Positions 42,100 through 55,900 of a stretch of DNA of 64,000 nucleotides are shown in pieces. The notes beneath the pieces were generated by a model. It was not told where the DNA came from. It saw only the letters and a list, made by a program, of their open reading frames with translations, and ran no database searches. A program made the position numbers and the translations under genes. Where the stretch lies: NCBI RefSeq assembly GCF_009914755.1, contig NC_060935.1, one strand, 5' to 3'. The stretch comes from the human T2T-CHM13v2.0 reference genome, Homo sapiens. Every line of letters begins with the position of its first letter. Positions within the stretch are counted from its first letter, which is position 1.

Positions 42100-45000
42100 G
42101 TTGGAAACGGGTTCATCTTCACAGAAAAACTAAACAGAAGCATTCTCAGAAACTGCTTTCTGATGTTTGTGTTCCACTTCAGGAATTGAACTTTCCTCTT
42201 GACAGAGCAGCTCTGAAACCCTCTTATTCTAGAATCTGCAAGTGGACATTTGGAGGGCTTTGAGGCCTGTGGTGGAAAAGGAAAATCTTCACATAAAAAC
42301 TAGATGGAAGCATTCTCAGAAACTACTTTGTGATGATTGCATTCTACTCACAGAGTTGAACATTCCTATAGATAGAGCAGGTTGTAAACAATCTTTTTGT
42401 ACAATCTGCGATTGGAGATTTGGACTGCTTTGAGGCCTACTGTAGTAAAGGAAATAACTTCATCTAAAAACCAAACGGAAGCATTCACAGACAATTCTTA
42501 GTGATCATTGCATTGAACTAACAGAGCTGAACATTCCTTTAGATGGCGCAGTTTCCAAACACACTTTCTGTAGAATCTGCAAGTGGATATTTGGACTTCT
42601 CTGAGGATTTCGTTGGAAAAGGGATAAACTTCCAGAACTACACGGAAGCATTGTGAGAAACTTCTTTGTGATGTTTGCATTCAACTCACAGAGTTGAACC
42701 TTGCTTTCATAGTTCAGCTTTCAAACACTCTTTTTGTAGAATCTGCAAGTGGATATTTGGACCACTTTGTGGCCTTCCTTCGAAACGGGTATATCTTCAC
42801 ATCAAACCTAGACAGAAGCATTCTCAGAATGTTTCCTGTGATGACTGCATTCAACTCACAGGGGTGAACAATCCTGCTGATGGAGCAGTTTTGAAACTCT
42901 CTTTCTTTGGATTCTGCAAGTGGATATGTGGACCTCTGTGAAGATTTCGTTGGAAACGGGTTCATCTTCACAGAAAAACTAAACAGGAGCATTCTCAGAA
43001 ACTGCTTTGTGATGTTTGTTTTCCACTTCAAGAATTGAACTTTCCTCTTGACAGAGCAGCTCTGAAACCCTATTTTTCTAGAATCTGCAAGTGGACATTT
43101 GGAGGGCTTTGAGGCCTGTTGTGGAAATGGAAAATCTTCACATAAATACTAGATGGAAGCATTCTCAGAAACTACTTTGTGATGATTGCATTCGACTCAC
43201 AGAGTTGAACATTCCTATAGATAGAGCAGGTTGTAAACAATCTTTTTGTAGAATCTGCGATTGGAGATTTGGACTGCTTTGAGGCCTACTGTAGTAAAGG
43301 AAATAACTTCATCTAAAAACCAAACGGAAGCATTCACAGACAATTCTTAGTGATCATTGGATTGAACTAACAGAGCTGAACATTCCTTTAGATGGAGCAG
43401 TTTCCAAACCCACTTTCTGTAGAATCTGCAAGTGGATATTTGGACTTCTCTGAGGATTTCGTTGGAAACGGGATAAACTTCCCAGAACTACAGGGAAGCA
43501 TTGTGAGAAACTTCTTTGTGATGTTTGCATTCAACTCACAGAGTTGAACCTTGCTTTCATAGTTCAGCTTTCAAACACTCTTTTTGGAGAATCTGCAAGT
43601 GGATATTTGGACCACTTTGTGGCCTTCCTTCGAAACGGGTATATCTTCACATCAAACCTAGACAGAAGCATTCTCAGAATGTTTCCTGTGATGACTGCAT
43701 TCAACTCACAGAGGTGAACAATCCTGTTGATGGAGCAGTTTTGAAACTCTCTTTCTTTGGATTCTGCAAGTGGATATGTGGACCTCTTTGAAGATTTCGT
43801 TGGAAACGGGTTCATCTTCACAGAAAAACTAAACAGAAGCATTCTCAGAAACTGCTTTGTGATGTTTGTGTTCCACTTCAGGAATTAAACTTTCCTCTTG
43901 ACAGAGCAGCTCTGAAACCCTCTTATTCTAGAATCTGCAAGTGGACATTTGGAGGGCTTTGAGGCCTGTGGTGGAAAAGGAAAATCTTCACATAAAAACT
44001 AGATGGAAGCATTCTCAGAAACTACTTTGTGATGATTGCATTCGACTCACAGAGTTGAACATTCCTATAGATAGAGCAGGTTGTAAACAATCTTTTTGTA
44101 GAATCTGCGATTGGAGATTTGGACTGCTTTGAGGCCTACTGTAGTAAAGGAAATAACTTCATCTAAAAACCAAACGGAAGCATTCACAGACAATTCTTAG
44201 TGATCATTGCATTGAACTAACAGAGCTGAACATTCCTTTAGATGGAGCAGTTTCCAAACACACTTTCTGTAGAACCTGCAAGTGGATATTTGGACCTCTC
44301 TGAGGATTTCGTTGGAAACGGGATAAACTTCCCAGAACTACACGGAAGCATTGTGAGAAACTTCTTTGTGATGTTTGCATTCAACTCACAGAGTTGAACC
44401 TTGCTTTCATAGTTCAGCTTTCAAACACTCTTTTTGTAGAATCTGCAAGTGGATATTTGGACCACTTTGTGGCCTTCCTTCGAAACGGGTATATCTTCAC
44501 ATCAAACCTAGACAGAAGCATTCTCAGAATGTTTCCTGTGATGACTGCATTCAACTCACAGAGGTGAACAATCCTGCTGATGGAGCAGTTTTGAAACTCT
44601 CTTTCTTTGGATTCTGCAAGTGGATATGTGGACCTCTGTGAAGATTTCGTTGGAAACGGGTTCATCTTCACAGAAAAACTAAACAGAAGCATTCTCAGAA
44701 ACTGCTTTGTGATGTTTGTGTTCCACTTCAGGAATTGAACTTTCCTCTTGACAGAGCAGCTCTGAAACCCTCTTATTCTAGAATCTGCAAGTGGACATTT
44801 GGAGGGCTTTGAGGCCTGTGGTGGAAAAGGAAAATCTTCACATAAAAACTAGATGGAAGCATTCTCAGAAACTACTTTGTGATGATTGCATTCGACTCAC
44901 AGAGTTGAACATTCCTATAGATAGAGCAGGTTGTAAACAATCTTTTTGTAGAATCTGCGATTGGAGATTTGGACTGCTTTGAGGCCTACTGTAGTAAAGG

Positions 45001-46900
45001 AAATAACTTCATCTAAAAACCAAACGGAAGCATTCACAGACAATTCTTAGTGATCATTGCATTGAACTAACAGAGCTGAACATTCCTTTAGATGGAGCAG
45101 TTTCCAAACACACTTTCTGTAGAACCTGCAAGTGGATATTTGGACCTCTCTGAGGATTTCGTTGGAAACGGGATAAACTTCCCAGAACTACACGAAAGCA
45201 TTGTGAGAAACTTCTTTGTGATGTTTGCATTCAACTCACAGAGTTGAACCTTGCTTTCATAGTTCAGCTTTCAAACACTCTTTTTGTAGAATCTGCAAGT
45301 GGATATTTGGACCACTTTGTGGCCTTCCTTCGAAACGGGTATATCTTCACATCAAACCTAGACAGAAGCATTCTCAGAATGTTTCCTGTGATGACTGCAT
45401 TCAACTCACAGAGGTGAACAATCCTGCTGATGGAGCAGTTTTGAAACTCTCTTTCTTTGGATTCTGCAAGTGGATATGTGGACCTCTGTGAAGATTTCGT
45501 TGGAAACGGGTTCATCTTCACAGAAAAACTAAACAGAAGCATTCTCAGAAACTGCTTTGTGATGTTTGTGTTCCACTTCAGGAATTGAACTTTCCTCTTG
45601 ACAGAGCAGCTCTGAAACCCTCTTATTCTAGAATCTGCAAGTGGACATTTGGAGGGCTTTGAGGCCTGTGGTGGAAAAGGAAAATCTTCACATAAAAACT
45701 AGATGGAAGCATTCTCAGAAACTACTTTGTAATGATTGCATTCGACTCACAGAGTTGAACATTCCTATAGATAGAGCAGGTTGTAAACAATCTTTTTGTA
45801 GAATCTGCGATTGGAGATTTGGACTGCTTTGAGGCCTACTGTAGTAAAGGAAATAACTTCATCTAAAAACCAAACGGAAGCATTCACAGACAATTCTTAG
45901 TGATCATTGCATTGAACTAACAGAGCTAAACATTCCTTTAGATGGAGCAGTTTCCAAACACACTTTCTGTAGAACCTGCAAGTGGATATTTGGACCTCTC
46001 TGAGGATTTCGTTGGAAACGGGATAAACTTCCCAGAACTACACGGAAGCATTGTGAGAAACTTCTTTGTGATGTTTGCATTCAACTCACAGAGTTGAACC
46101 TTGCTTTCATAGTTCAGCTTTCAAACACTCTTTTTGTAGAATCTGCAAGTGGATATTTGGACCACTTTGTGGCCTTCCTTCGAAACGGGTATATCTTCAC
46201 ATCAAACCTAGACAGAAGCATTCTCAGAATGTTTCCTGTGATGACTGCATTCAACTCACAGAGGTGAACAATCCTGCTGATGGAGCAGTTTTGAAACTCT
46301 CTTTCTTTGGATTCTGCAAGTGGATATGTGGACCTCTGTGAAGATTTCGTTGGAAACGGGTTCATCTTCACAGAAAAACTAAACAGAAACATTCTCAGAA
46401 ACTGCTTTGTGATGTTTGTGTTCCACTTCAGGAATTGAACTTTCCTCTTGACAGAGCAGCTCTGAAACCCTCTTATTCTAGAATCTGCAAGTGGACATTT
46501 GGAGGGCTTTGAGGCCTGTGGTGGAAAAGGAAAATCTTCACATAAAAACTAGATGGAAGCATTCTCAGAAACTACTTTGTGATGATTGCATTCGACTCAC
46601 AGAGTTGAACATTCCTATAGATAGAGCAGGTTGTAAACAATCTTTTTGTAGAATCTGCGATTGGAGATTTGGACTGCTTTGAGGCCTACTGTAGTAAAGG
46701 AAATAACTTCATCTAAAAACCAAACGGAAGCATTCACAGACAATTCTTAGTGATCATTGGATTGAACTAACAGAGCTGAACATTCCTTTAGATGGCGCAG
46801 TTTCCAAACACACTTTCTGTAGAATCTGCAAGTGGATATTTGGACTTCTCTGAGGATTTCGTTGGAAAAGGGATAAACTTCCCAGAACTACACGGAAGCA
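42100..46900 (+). repeat. Block paralogous to ~59100-63900 (17.0-kb, 20-HOR offset)
   Basis: Shared variants: dead box+deletion (42608/59607), TTTTTGGAGA (~43581/60580), ACGAAAG (~45192/62191), TTTGTAATG (~45731/62731), GAGCTAAA (~45923/62923), CAGAAACATT (~46384/63384) and AAAAGGGA box (46857/63857). Confidence 0.85.
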
Positions 46901-49900
46901 TTGTGAGAAACTTCTTTGTGATGTTTGCATTCAACTCACAGAGTTGAACCTTGCTTTCATAGTTCAGCTTTCAAACACTCTTTTTGTAGAATCTGCAAGT
47001 GGATATTTGGACCACTTTGTGGCCTTCCTTCGAAACGGGTATATCTTCACATCAAACCTAGACAGAAGCATTCTCAGAATGTTTCCTGTGATGACTGCAT
47101 TCAACTCACAGAGGTGAACAATCCTGCTGATGGAGCAGTTTTGAAACTCTCTTTCTTTGGATTCTGCAAGTGGATATGTGGAGCTCTGTGAAGATTTCGT
47201 TGGAAACGGGTTCATCTTCACAGAAAAACTAAACAGGAGCATTCTCAGAAACTGCTTTGTGATGTTTGTGTTCCACTTCAAGAATTGAACTTTCCTCTTG
47301 ACAGAGCAGCTCTGAAACCCTCTTATTCTAGAATCTGCAAGTGGACATTTGGAGGGCTTTGAGGCCTGTGGTGGAAAAGGAAAATCTTCACATAAAAACT
47401 AGATGGAAGCATTCTCAGAAACTACTTTGTGATGATTGCATTCGACTCACAGAGTTGAACATTCCTATAGATAGAGCAGGTTGTAAACAATCTTTTTGTA
47501 CAATCTGCGATTGGAGATTTGGACTGCTTTGAGGCCTACTGTAGTAAAGGAAATAACTTCATCTAAAAACCAAACGGAAGCATTCACAGACAATTCTTAG
47601 TGATCATTGCATTGAACTAACAGAGCTGAACATTCCTTTAGATGGAGCAGTTTCCAAACACACTTTCTGTAGAACCTGCAAGTGGATATTTGGACCTCTC
47701 TGAGGATTTCGTTGGAAAAGGGATAAACTTCCCAGAACTACACGGAAGCATTGTGAGAAACTTCTTTGTGATGTTTGCATTCAACTCACAGAGTTGAACC
47801 TTGCTTTCATAGTTCAGCTTTCAAACACTCTTTTTGTAGAATCTGCAAGTGGATATTTGGACCACTTTGTGGCCTTCCTTCGAAACGGGTATATCTTCAC
47901 ATCAAACCTAGACAGAAGCATTCTCAGAATGTTTCCTGTGATGACTGCATTCAACTCACAGAGGTGAACAATCCTGTTGATGGAGCAGTTTTGAAACTCT
48001 CTTTCTTTGGATTCTGCAAGTGGATATGTGGACCTCTGTGAAGATTTCGTTGGAAACGGGTTCATCTTCACAGAAAAACTAAACAGAAGCATTCTCAGAA
48101 ACTGCTTTGTGATGTTTGTGTTCCACTTCAGGAATTGAACTTTCCTCTTGACAGAGCAGCTGTGAAACCCTCTTATTCTAGAATCTGCAAGTGGACATTT
48201 GGAGGGCTTTGAGGCCTGTGGTGGAAAAGGAAAATCTTCACATAAAAACTAGATGGAAGCATTCTCAGAAACTACTTTGTGATGATTTCATTCGACTCAC
48301 AGAGTTGAACATTCCTATAGATAGAGCAGGTTGTAAACAATCTTTTTGTACAATCTGCGATTGGAGATTTGCACTGCTTTGAGGCCTACTGTAGTAAAGG
48401 AAATAACTTCATCTAAAAACCAAACGGAAGCATTCACAGACAATTCTTAGTGATCATTGCATTGAACTAACAGAGCTGAACATTCCTTTAGATGGAGCAG
48501 TTTCCAAACACACTTTCTGTAGAACCTGCAAGTGGATATTTGGACCTCTCTGAGGATTTCGTTGGAAACGGGATAAACTTCCCAGAACTACACGGAAGCA
48601 TTGTGAGAAACTTCTTTGTGATGTTTGCATTCAACTCACAGTGTTGAACCTTGCTTTCATAGTTCAGCTTTCAAACACTCTTTTTGTAGAATCTGCAAGT
48701 GGATATTTGGACCACTTTGTGGCCTTCCTTCGAAACGGGTATATCTTCACATCAAACCTAGACAGAAGCATTCTCAGAATGTTTCCTGTGATGACTGCAT
48801 TCAACTCACAGAGGTGAACAATCCTGCTGATGGAGCAGTTTTGAAACTCTCTTTCTTTGGATTCTGCAAGTGGATATGTGGACCTCTGTGAAGATTTCGT
48901 TGGAAACGGGTTCATCTTCACAGAAAAACTAAACAGGAACATTCTCAGAAACTGCTTTGTGATGTTTGTGTTCCACTTCAGGAATTGAACTTTCCTCTTG
49001 ACAGAGCAGCTCTGAAACCCTCTTATTCTAGAATCTGCAAGTGGACATTTGGAGGGCTTTGAGGCCTGTGGTGGAAAAGGAAAATCTTCACATAAAAACT
49101 AGATGGAAGCATTCTCAGAAACTACTTTGTGATGATTGCATTCGACTCACAGAGTTGAACATTCCTATAGATAGAGCAGGTTGTAAACAATCTTTTTGTA
49201 GAATCTGCGATTGCAGATTTGGACTGCTTTGAGGCCTACTGTAGTAAAGGAAATAACTTCATCTAAAAACCAAACGGAAGCATTCACAGACAATTCTTAG
49301 TGATCATTGGATTGAACTAACAGAGCTGAACATTCCTTTAGATGGCGCAGTTTCCAAACACACTTTCTGTAGAATCTGCAAGTGGATATTTGGACTTCTC
49401 TGAGGATTTCGTTGGAAACGGGATAAACTTCCCAGAACTACACGGAAGCATTGTGAGAAACTTCTTTGTGATGTTTGCATTCAACTCACAGAGTTGAACC
49501 TTGCTTTCATAGTTCAGCTTTCAAACACTCTTTTTGTAGAATCTGCAAGTGGATATTTGGACCACTTTGTGGCCTTCCTTCGAAACGGGTATATCTTCAC
49601 ATCAAACCTAGACAGAAGCATTCTCAGAATGTTTCCTGTGATGACTGCATTCAACTCACAGAGGTCAACAATCCTGTTGATGGAGCAGTTTTGAAACTCT
49701 CTTTCTTTGGATTCTGCAAGTGGATATGTGGACCTCTGTGAAGATTTCGTTGGAAACGGGTTCATCTTCACAGAAAAACTAAACAGAAGCATTCTCAGAA
49801 ACTGCTTTGTGATGTTTGTGTTCCACTTCAGGAATTGAACTTTCCTCTTGACAGAGCAGCTCTGAAACCCTCTTATTCTAGAATCTGCAAGTGGACATTT

Positions 49901-52900
49901 GGAGGGCTTTGAGGCCTGTGGTGGAAAAGGAAAATCTTCACATAAAAACTAGATGGAAGCATTCCCAGAAACTACTTTGTGATGATTGCATTCGACTCAC
50001 AGAGTTGAACATTCCTATAGATAGAGCAGGTTGTAAACAATCTTTTTGTAGAATCTGCGATTGGAGATTTGGACTGCTTTGAGGCCTACTGTAGTAAAGG
50101 AAATAACTTCATCTAAAAACCAAACGGAAGCATTCACAGACAATTCTTAGTGATCATTGCATTGAACTAACAGAGCTGAACATTCCTTTAGATGGAGCAG
50201 TTTCCAAACACACTTTCTGTAGAATCTGCAAGTGGATATTTGGACTTCTCTGAGGATTTCGTTGGAAACGGGATAAACTTCCCAGAACTACACGGAAGCA
50301 TTGTGAGAAACTTCTTTGTGATGTTTGCATTCAACTCACAGAGTTGAACCTTGCTTTCGTAGTTCAGCTTTCAAACACTCTTTTTGTAGAATCTGCAAGT
50401 GGATATTTGGACCACTTTGTGGCCTTCCTTCGAAACGGGTATATCTTCACATCAAACCTAGACAGAAGCATTCTCAGAATGTTTCCTGTGAAGACTGCAT
50501 TCAACTCACAGAGATGAACAATCCTGTTGATGGAGCACTTTGGAAACTCTCTTTCTTTGGATTCTGCAAGTTGATATGTGGACCACTGTGAAGATTTCGT
50601 TGGAAACGGGTTCATCTTCACAGAAAAACTAAACAGAAGCATTCTCAAAAACTACTTTGTGATGTTTGTGTTCCACTTCAAGAATTGAACTTTCCTCTTG
50701 ACAGAGCAGCTCTGAAAACCTCTTTTTCTAGAATCTGCAAGTGGACATTTGGAGGGCTTTGAGGCCTGTGGTGGAAAAGGAAAATCTTCACATAAAAACT
50801 AGATGGAAGCATTCTCAGAAACTACTTTGTGATGATTGCATTCGACTCACAGAGTTGAACATTCCTATAGATAGAGCAGGTTGTAAACAATCTTTTTGTA
50901 GAATCTGCGATTGGAGATTTGGACTGCTTTGAGGCCTACTGTAGTAAAGGAAATAACTTCATCTAAAAACCAAACGGAAGCATTCACAGACAATTCTTAG
51001 TGATCATTGGATTGAACTAACAGAGCTGAACATTCCTTTAGATGGAGCAGTTTCCAAACCCACTTTCTGTAGAATCTGCAAGTGGATATTTGGACTTCTC
51101 TGAGAATTTCGTTGGAAACGAGATAAACTTCCCAGAACTACAGGGAAGCATTGTGAGAAACTTCTTTGTGATGTTTGCATTCAACTCACAGAGTTGAACC
51201 TTGCTTTCATAGTTCAGCTTTCAAACACTCTTTTTGTAGAATCTGCAAGTGGATATTTGGACCACTTTGTGGCCTTCCTTCGAAACGGGTATATCTTCAC
51301 ATCAAACCTAGACAGAAGCATTCTCAGAATGTTTCCTGTGATGACTGCATTCAACTCACAGAGGTGAACAATCCTGCTGATGGAGCAGTGTTGAAACTCT
51401 CTTTCTTTGGATTCTGCAAGTGGATATGTGGACCTCTGTGAAGATTTCGTTGGAAACGGGTTCATCTTCACAGAAAAACTAAACAGGAGCATTCTCAGAA
51501 ACTGCTTTGTGATGTTTGTGTTCCACTTCAAGAACTGAACTTTCCTCTTGACAGAGCAGCTCTGAAACCCTCTTTTTCTAGAATCTGCAAGTGGACATTT
51601 GGAGGGCTTTGAGGCCTGTGGTGGAAAAGGAAAATCTTCACATAAAAACTAGATGGAAGCATTCTCAGAAACTACTTTGTGATGATTGCATTCGACTCAC
51701 AGAGTTGAACATTCCTATAGATAGAGCAGGTTGTAAACAATCCTTTTGTAGAATCTGCGATTGGAGATTTGGACTGCTTTGAGGCCTACTGTAGTAAAGG
51801 AAATAACTTCATCTAAAAACCAAACGGAAGCATTCACAGACAATTCTTAGTGATCATTGCATTGAACTAACAGAGCTGAACATTCCTTTAGATGGCGCAG
51901 TTTCCAAACCCACTTTCTGTAGAATCTGCAAGTGGATATTTGGACCTCTCTGAGGATTTCGTTGGAAACGGGATAAACTTCCCAGAACTACACGGAAGCA
52001 TTGTGAGAAACTTCTTTGTGATGTTTGCATTCAACTCACAGAGTTGAACCTTGCTTTCATAGTTCAGCTTTCAAACACTCTTTTTGTAGAATCTGCAAGT
52101 GGATATTTGGACCACTTTGTGGCCTTCCTTCGAAACGGGTATATCTTCACATCAAACCTAGACAGAAGCATTCTCAGAATGTTTCCTGTGATGACTGCAT
52201 TCAACTCACAGAGGTGAACAATCCTGCTGATGGAGCAGTTTTGAAACTCTCTTTCTTTGGATTCTGCAAGTGGATATGTGGACCTCTGTGAAGATTTCGT
52301 TGGAAACGGGTTCATCTTCACAGAAAAACTAAACAGGAGCATTCTCAGAAACTGCTTTGTGATGTTTGTGTTCCACTTCAAGAATTGAACTTTCCTCTTG
52401 ACAGAGCAGCTCTGAAACCCTATTTTTCTAGAATCTGCAAGTGGACATTTGGAGGGCTTTGAGGCCTGTGGTGGAAAAGGAAAATCTTCACATAAAAACT
52501 AGATGGAAGCATTCTCAGAAACTACTTTGTGATGATTGCATTCGACTCACAGAGTTGAACATTCCTATAGATAGAGCAGGTTGTAAACAATCTTTTTGTA
52601 GAATCTGCGATTGGAGATTTGGACTGCTTTGAGGCCTACTGTAGTAAAGGAAATAACTTCATCTAAAAACCAAACGGAAGCATTCACAGACAATTCTTAG
52701 TGATCATTGCATTGAACTAACAGAGCTGAACATTCCTTTAGATGGAGCAGTTTCCAAACACACTTTCTGTAGAACCTGCAAGTGGATATTTGGAACTCTC
52801 TGAGGATTTCGTTGGAAACGGGATAAACTTCCCAGAACTACACGGAAGCATTGTGAGAAACTTCTTTGTGATGTTTGCATTCAACTCACAGAGTTGAACC

Positions 52901-55900
52901 TTGCTTTCATAGTTCAGCTTTCAAACACTCTTTTTGGAGAATCTGCAAGTGGATATTTGGACCACTTTGTGGCCTTCCTTCGAAACGGGTATATCTTCAC
53001 ATCAAACCTAGACAGAAGCATTCTCAGAATGTTTCCTGTGATGACTGCATTCAACTCACAGAGGTGAACAATCCTGCTGATGGAGCAGTTTTGAAACTCT
53101 CTTTCTTTGGATTCTGCAAGTGGATATGTGGACCTCTGTGAAGATTTCGTTGGAAACGGGTTCATCTTCACAGAAAAACTAAACAGAAGCATTCTCAGAA
53201 ACTGCTTTGTGATGTTTGTGTTCCACTTCAGGAATTGAACTTTCCTCTTGACAGAGCAGCTCTGAAACCCTCTTATTCTAGAATATGCAAGTGGACATTT
53301 GGAGGGCTTTGAGGCCTGTGGTGGAAAAGGAAAATCTTCACATAAAAACTAGATGGAAGCATTCTCAGAAACTACTTTGTGATGATTGCATTCGACTCAC
53401 AGAGTTGAACATTCCTATAGATAGAGCAGGTTGTAAACAATCTTTTTGTAGAATCTGCGATTGGAGATTTGGACTGCTTTGAGGCCTACTGTAGTAAAGG
53501 AAATAACTTCATCTAAAAACGAAACGGAAGCATTCACAGACAATTCTTAGTGATCATTGCATTGAACTAACAGAGCTGAACATTCCTTTAGATGGAGCAG
53601 TTTCCAAACACACTTTCTGTAGAACCTGCAAGTGGTTATTTGGACCTCTCTGAGGATTTCGTTGGAAACGGGATAAACTTCCCAGAACTACACGGAAGCA
53701 TTGTGAGAAACTTCTTTGTGATGTTTGCGTTCAACTCACAGAGTTGAACCTTGCTTTCATAGTTCAGCTTTCAAACACTCTTTTTGTAGAATCTGCAAGT
53801 GGATATTTGGACCACTTTGTGGCCTTCCTTCGAAACGGGTATATCTTCACATCAAACCTAGACAGAAGCATTCTCAGAATGTTTCCTGTGATGACTGCAT
53901 TCAACTCACAGAGGTGAACAATCCTGCTGATGGAGCAGTTTTGAAACTCTCTTTCTTTGGATTCTGCAAGTGGATATGTGGACCTCTGTGAAGATTTCGT
54001 TGGAAACGGGTTCATCTTCACAGAAAAACTAAACAGAAGCATTCTCAGAAACTGCTTTGTGATGTTTGTGTTCCACTTCAGGAATTGAACTTTCCTCTTG
54101 ACAGAGCAGCTCTGAAACCCTCTTATTCTAGAATCTGCAAGTGGACATTTGGAGGGCTTTGAGGCCTGTGGTGGAAAAGGAAAATCTTCACATAAAAACT
54201 AGATGGAAGCATTCTCAGAAACTACTTTGTGATAATTGCATTCGACTCACAGAGTTGAACATTCCTATAGATAGAGCAGGTTGTAAACAGTCTTTTTGTA
54301 GAATCTGCGATTGGAGATTCGGACTGCTTTGAGGCCTACTGTAGTAAAGGAAATAACTTCATCTAAAAACCAAACGGAAGCATTCACAGACAATTCTTAG
54401 TGATCATTGCATTGAACTAACAGAGCTGAACATTCCTTTAGATGGAGCAGTTTCCAAACACACTTTCTGTAGAACCTGCAAGTGGATATTTGGACCTCTC
54501 TGAGGATTTCGTTGGAAACGGGATAAACTTCCCAGAACTACACGGAAGCATGCTGAGAAACTTCTTTGTGATGTTTGCATTCAACTCACAGAGTTGAACC
54601 TTGCTTTCATAGTTCAGCTTTCAAACACTCTTTTTGTAGAATCTGCAAGTGGATATTTGGACCACTTTGTGGCCTTCCTTCGAAACGGGTATATCTTCAC
54701 ATCAAACCTAGACAGAAGCATTCTCAGAATGTTTCCTGTGATGACTGCATTCAACTCACAGAGGTGAACAATCCTGCTGATGGAGCAGTTTTGAAACTCT
54801 CTTTCTTTGGATTCTGCAAGTGGATATGTGGACCTCTGTGAAGATTTCGTTGGAAACGGGTTCATCTTCACAGAAAAACTAAACAGAAGCATTCTCAGAA
54901 ACTGCTTTGTGATGTTTGTGTTCCACTTCAGGAATTGAACTTTCCTCTTGACAGAGCAGCTCTGAAACCCTCTTATTCTAGAATCTGCAAGTGGACATTT
55001 GGAGGGCTTTGAGGCCTGTGGTGGAAAAGGAAAATCTTCACATAAAAACTAGATGGAAGCATTCTCAGAAACTACTTTGTGATAATTGCATTCGACTCAC
55101 AGAGTTGAACATTCCTATAGATAGAGCAGGTTGTAAACAATCTTTTTGTAGAATCTGCGATTGGAGATTTGGACTGCTTTGAGGCCTACTGTAGTAAAGG
55201 AAATAACTTCATCTAAAAACCAAACGGAAGCATTCACAGACAATTCTTAGTGATCATTGCATTGAACTAACAGAGCTGAACATTCCTTTAGATGGAGCAG
55301 TTTCCAAACACACTTTCTGTAGAACCTGCAAGTGGATATTTGGACCTCTCTGAGGATTTCGTTGGAAACGGGATAAACTTCCCAGAACTACACGGAAGCA
55401 TGCTGAGAAACTTCTTTGTGATGTTTGCATTCAACTCACAGAGTTGAACCTTGCTTTCATAGTTCAGCTTTCAAACACTCTTTTTGTAGAATCTGCAAGT
55501 GGATATTTGGACCACTTTGTGGCCTTCCTTCGAAACGGGTATATCTTCACATCAAACCTAGACAGAAGCATTCTCAGAATGTTTCCTGTGATGACTGCAT
55601 TCAACTCACAGAGGTGAACAATCCTGCTGATGGAGCAGTGTTGAAACTCTCTTTCTTTGGATTCTGCAAGTGGATATGTGGACCTCTGTGAAGATTTCGT
55701 TGGAAACGGGTTCATCTTCACAGAAAAACTAAACAGGAGCATTCTCAGAAACTGCTTTGTGATGTTTGTGTTCCACTTCAAGAATTGAAATTTCCTCTTG
55801 ACAGAGCAGCTCTGAAACCCTCTTTTTCTAGAATCTGCAAGTGGACATTTGGAGGGCTTTGAGGCCTGTGGTGGAAAAGGAAAATCTTCACATAAAAACT

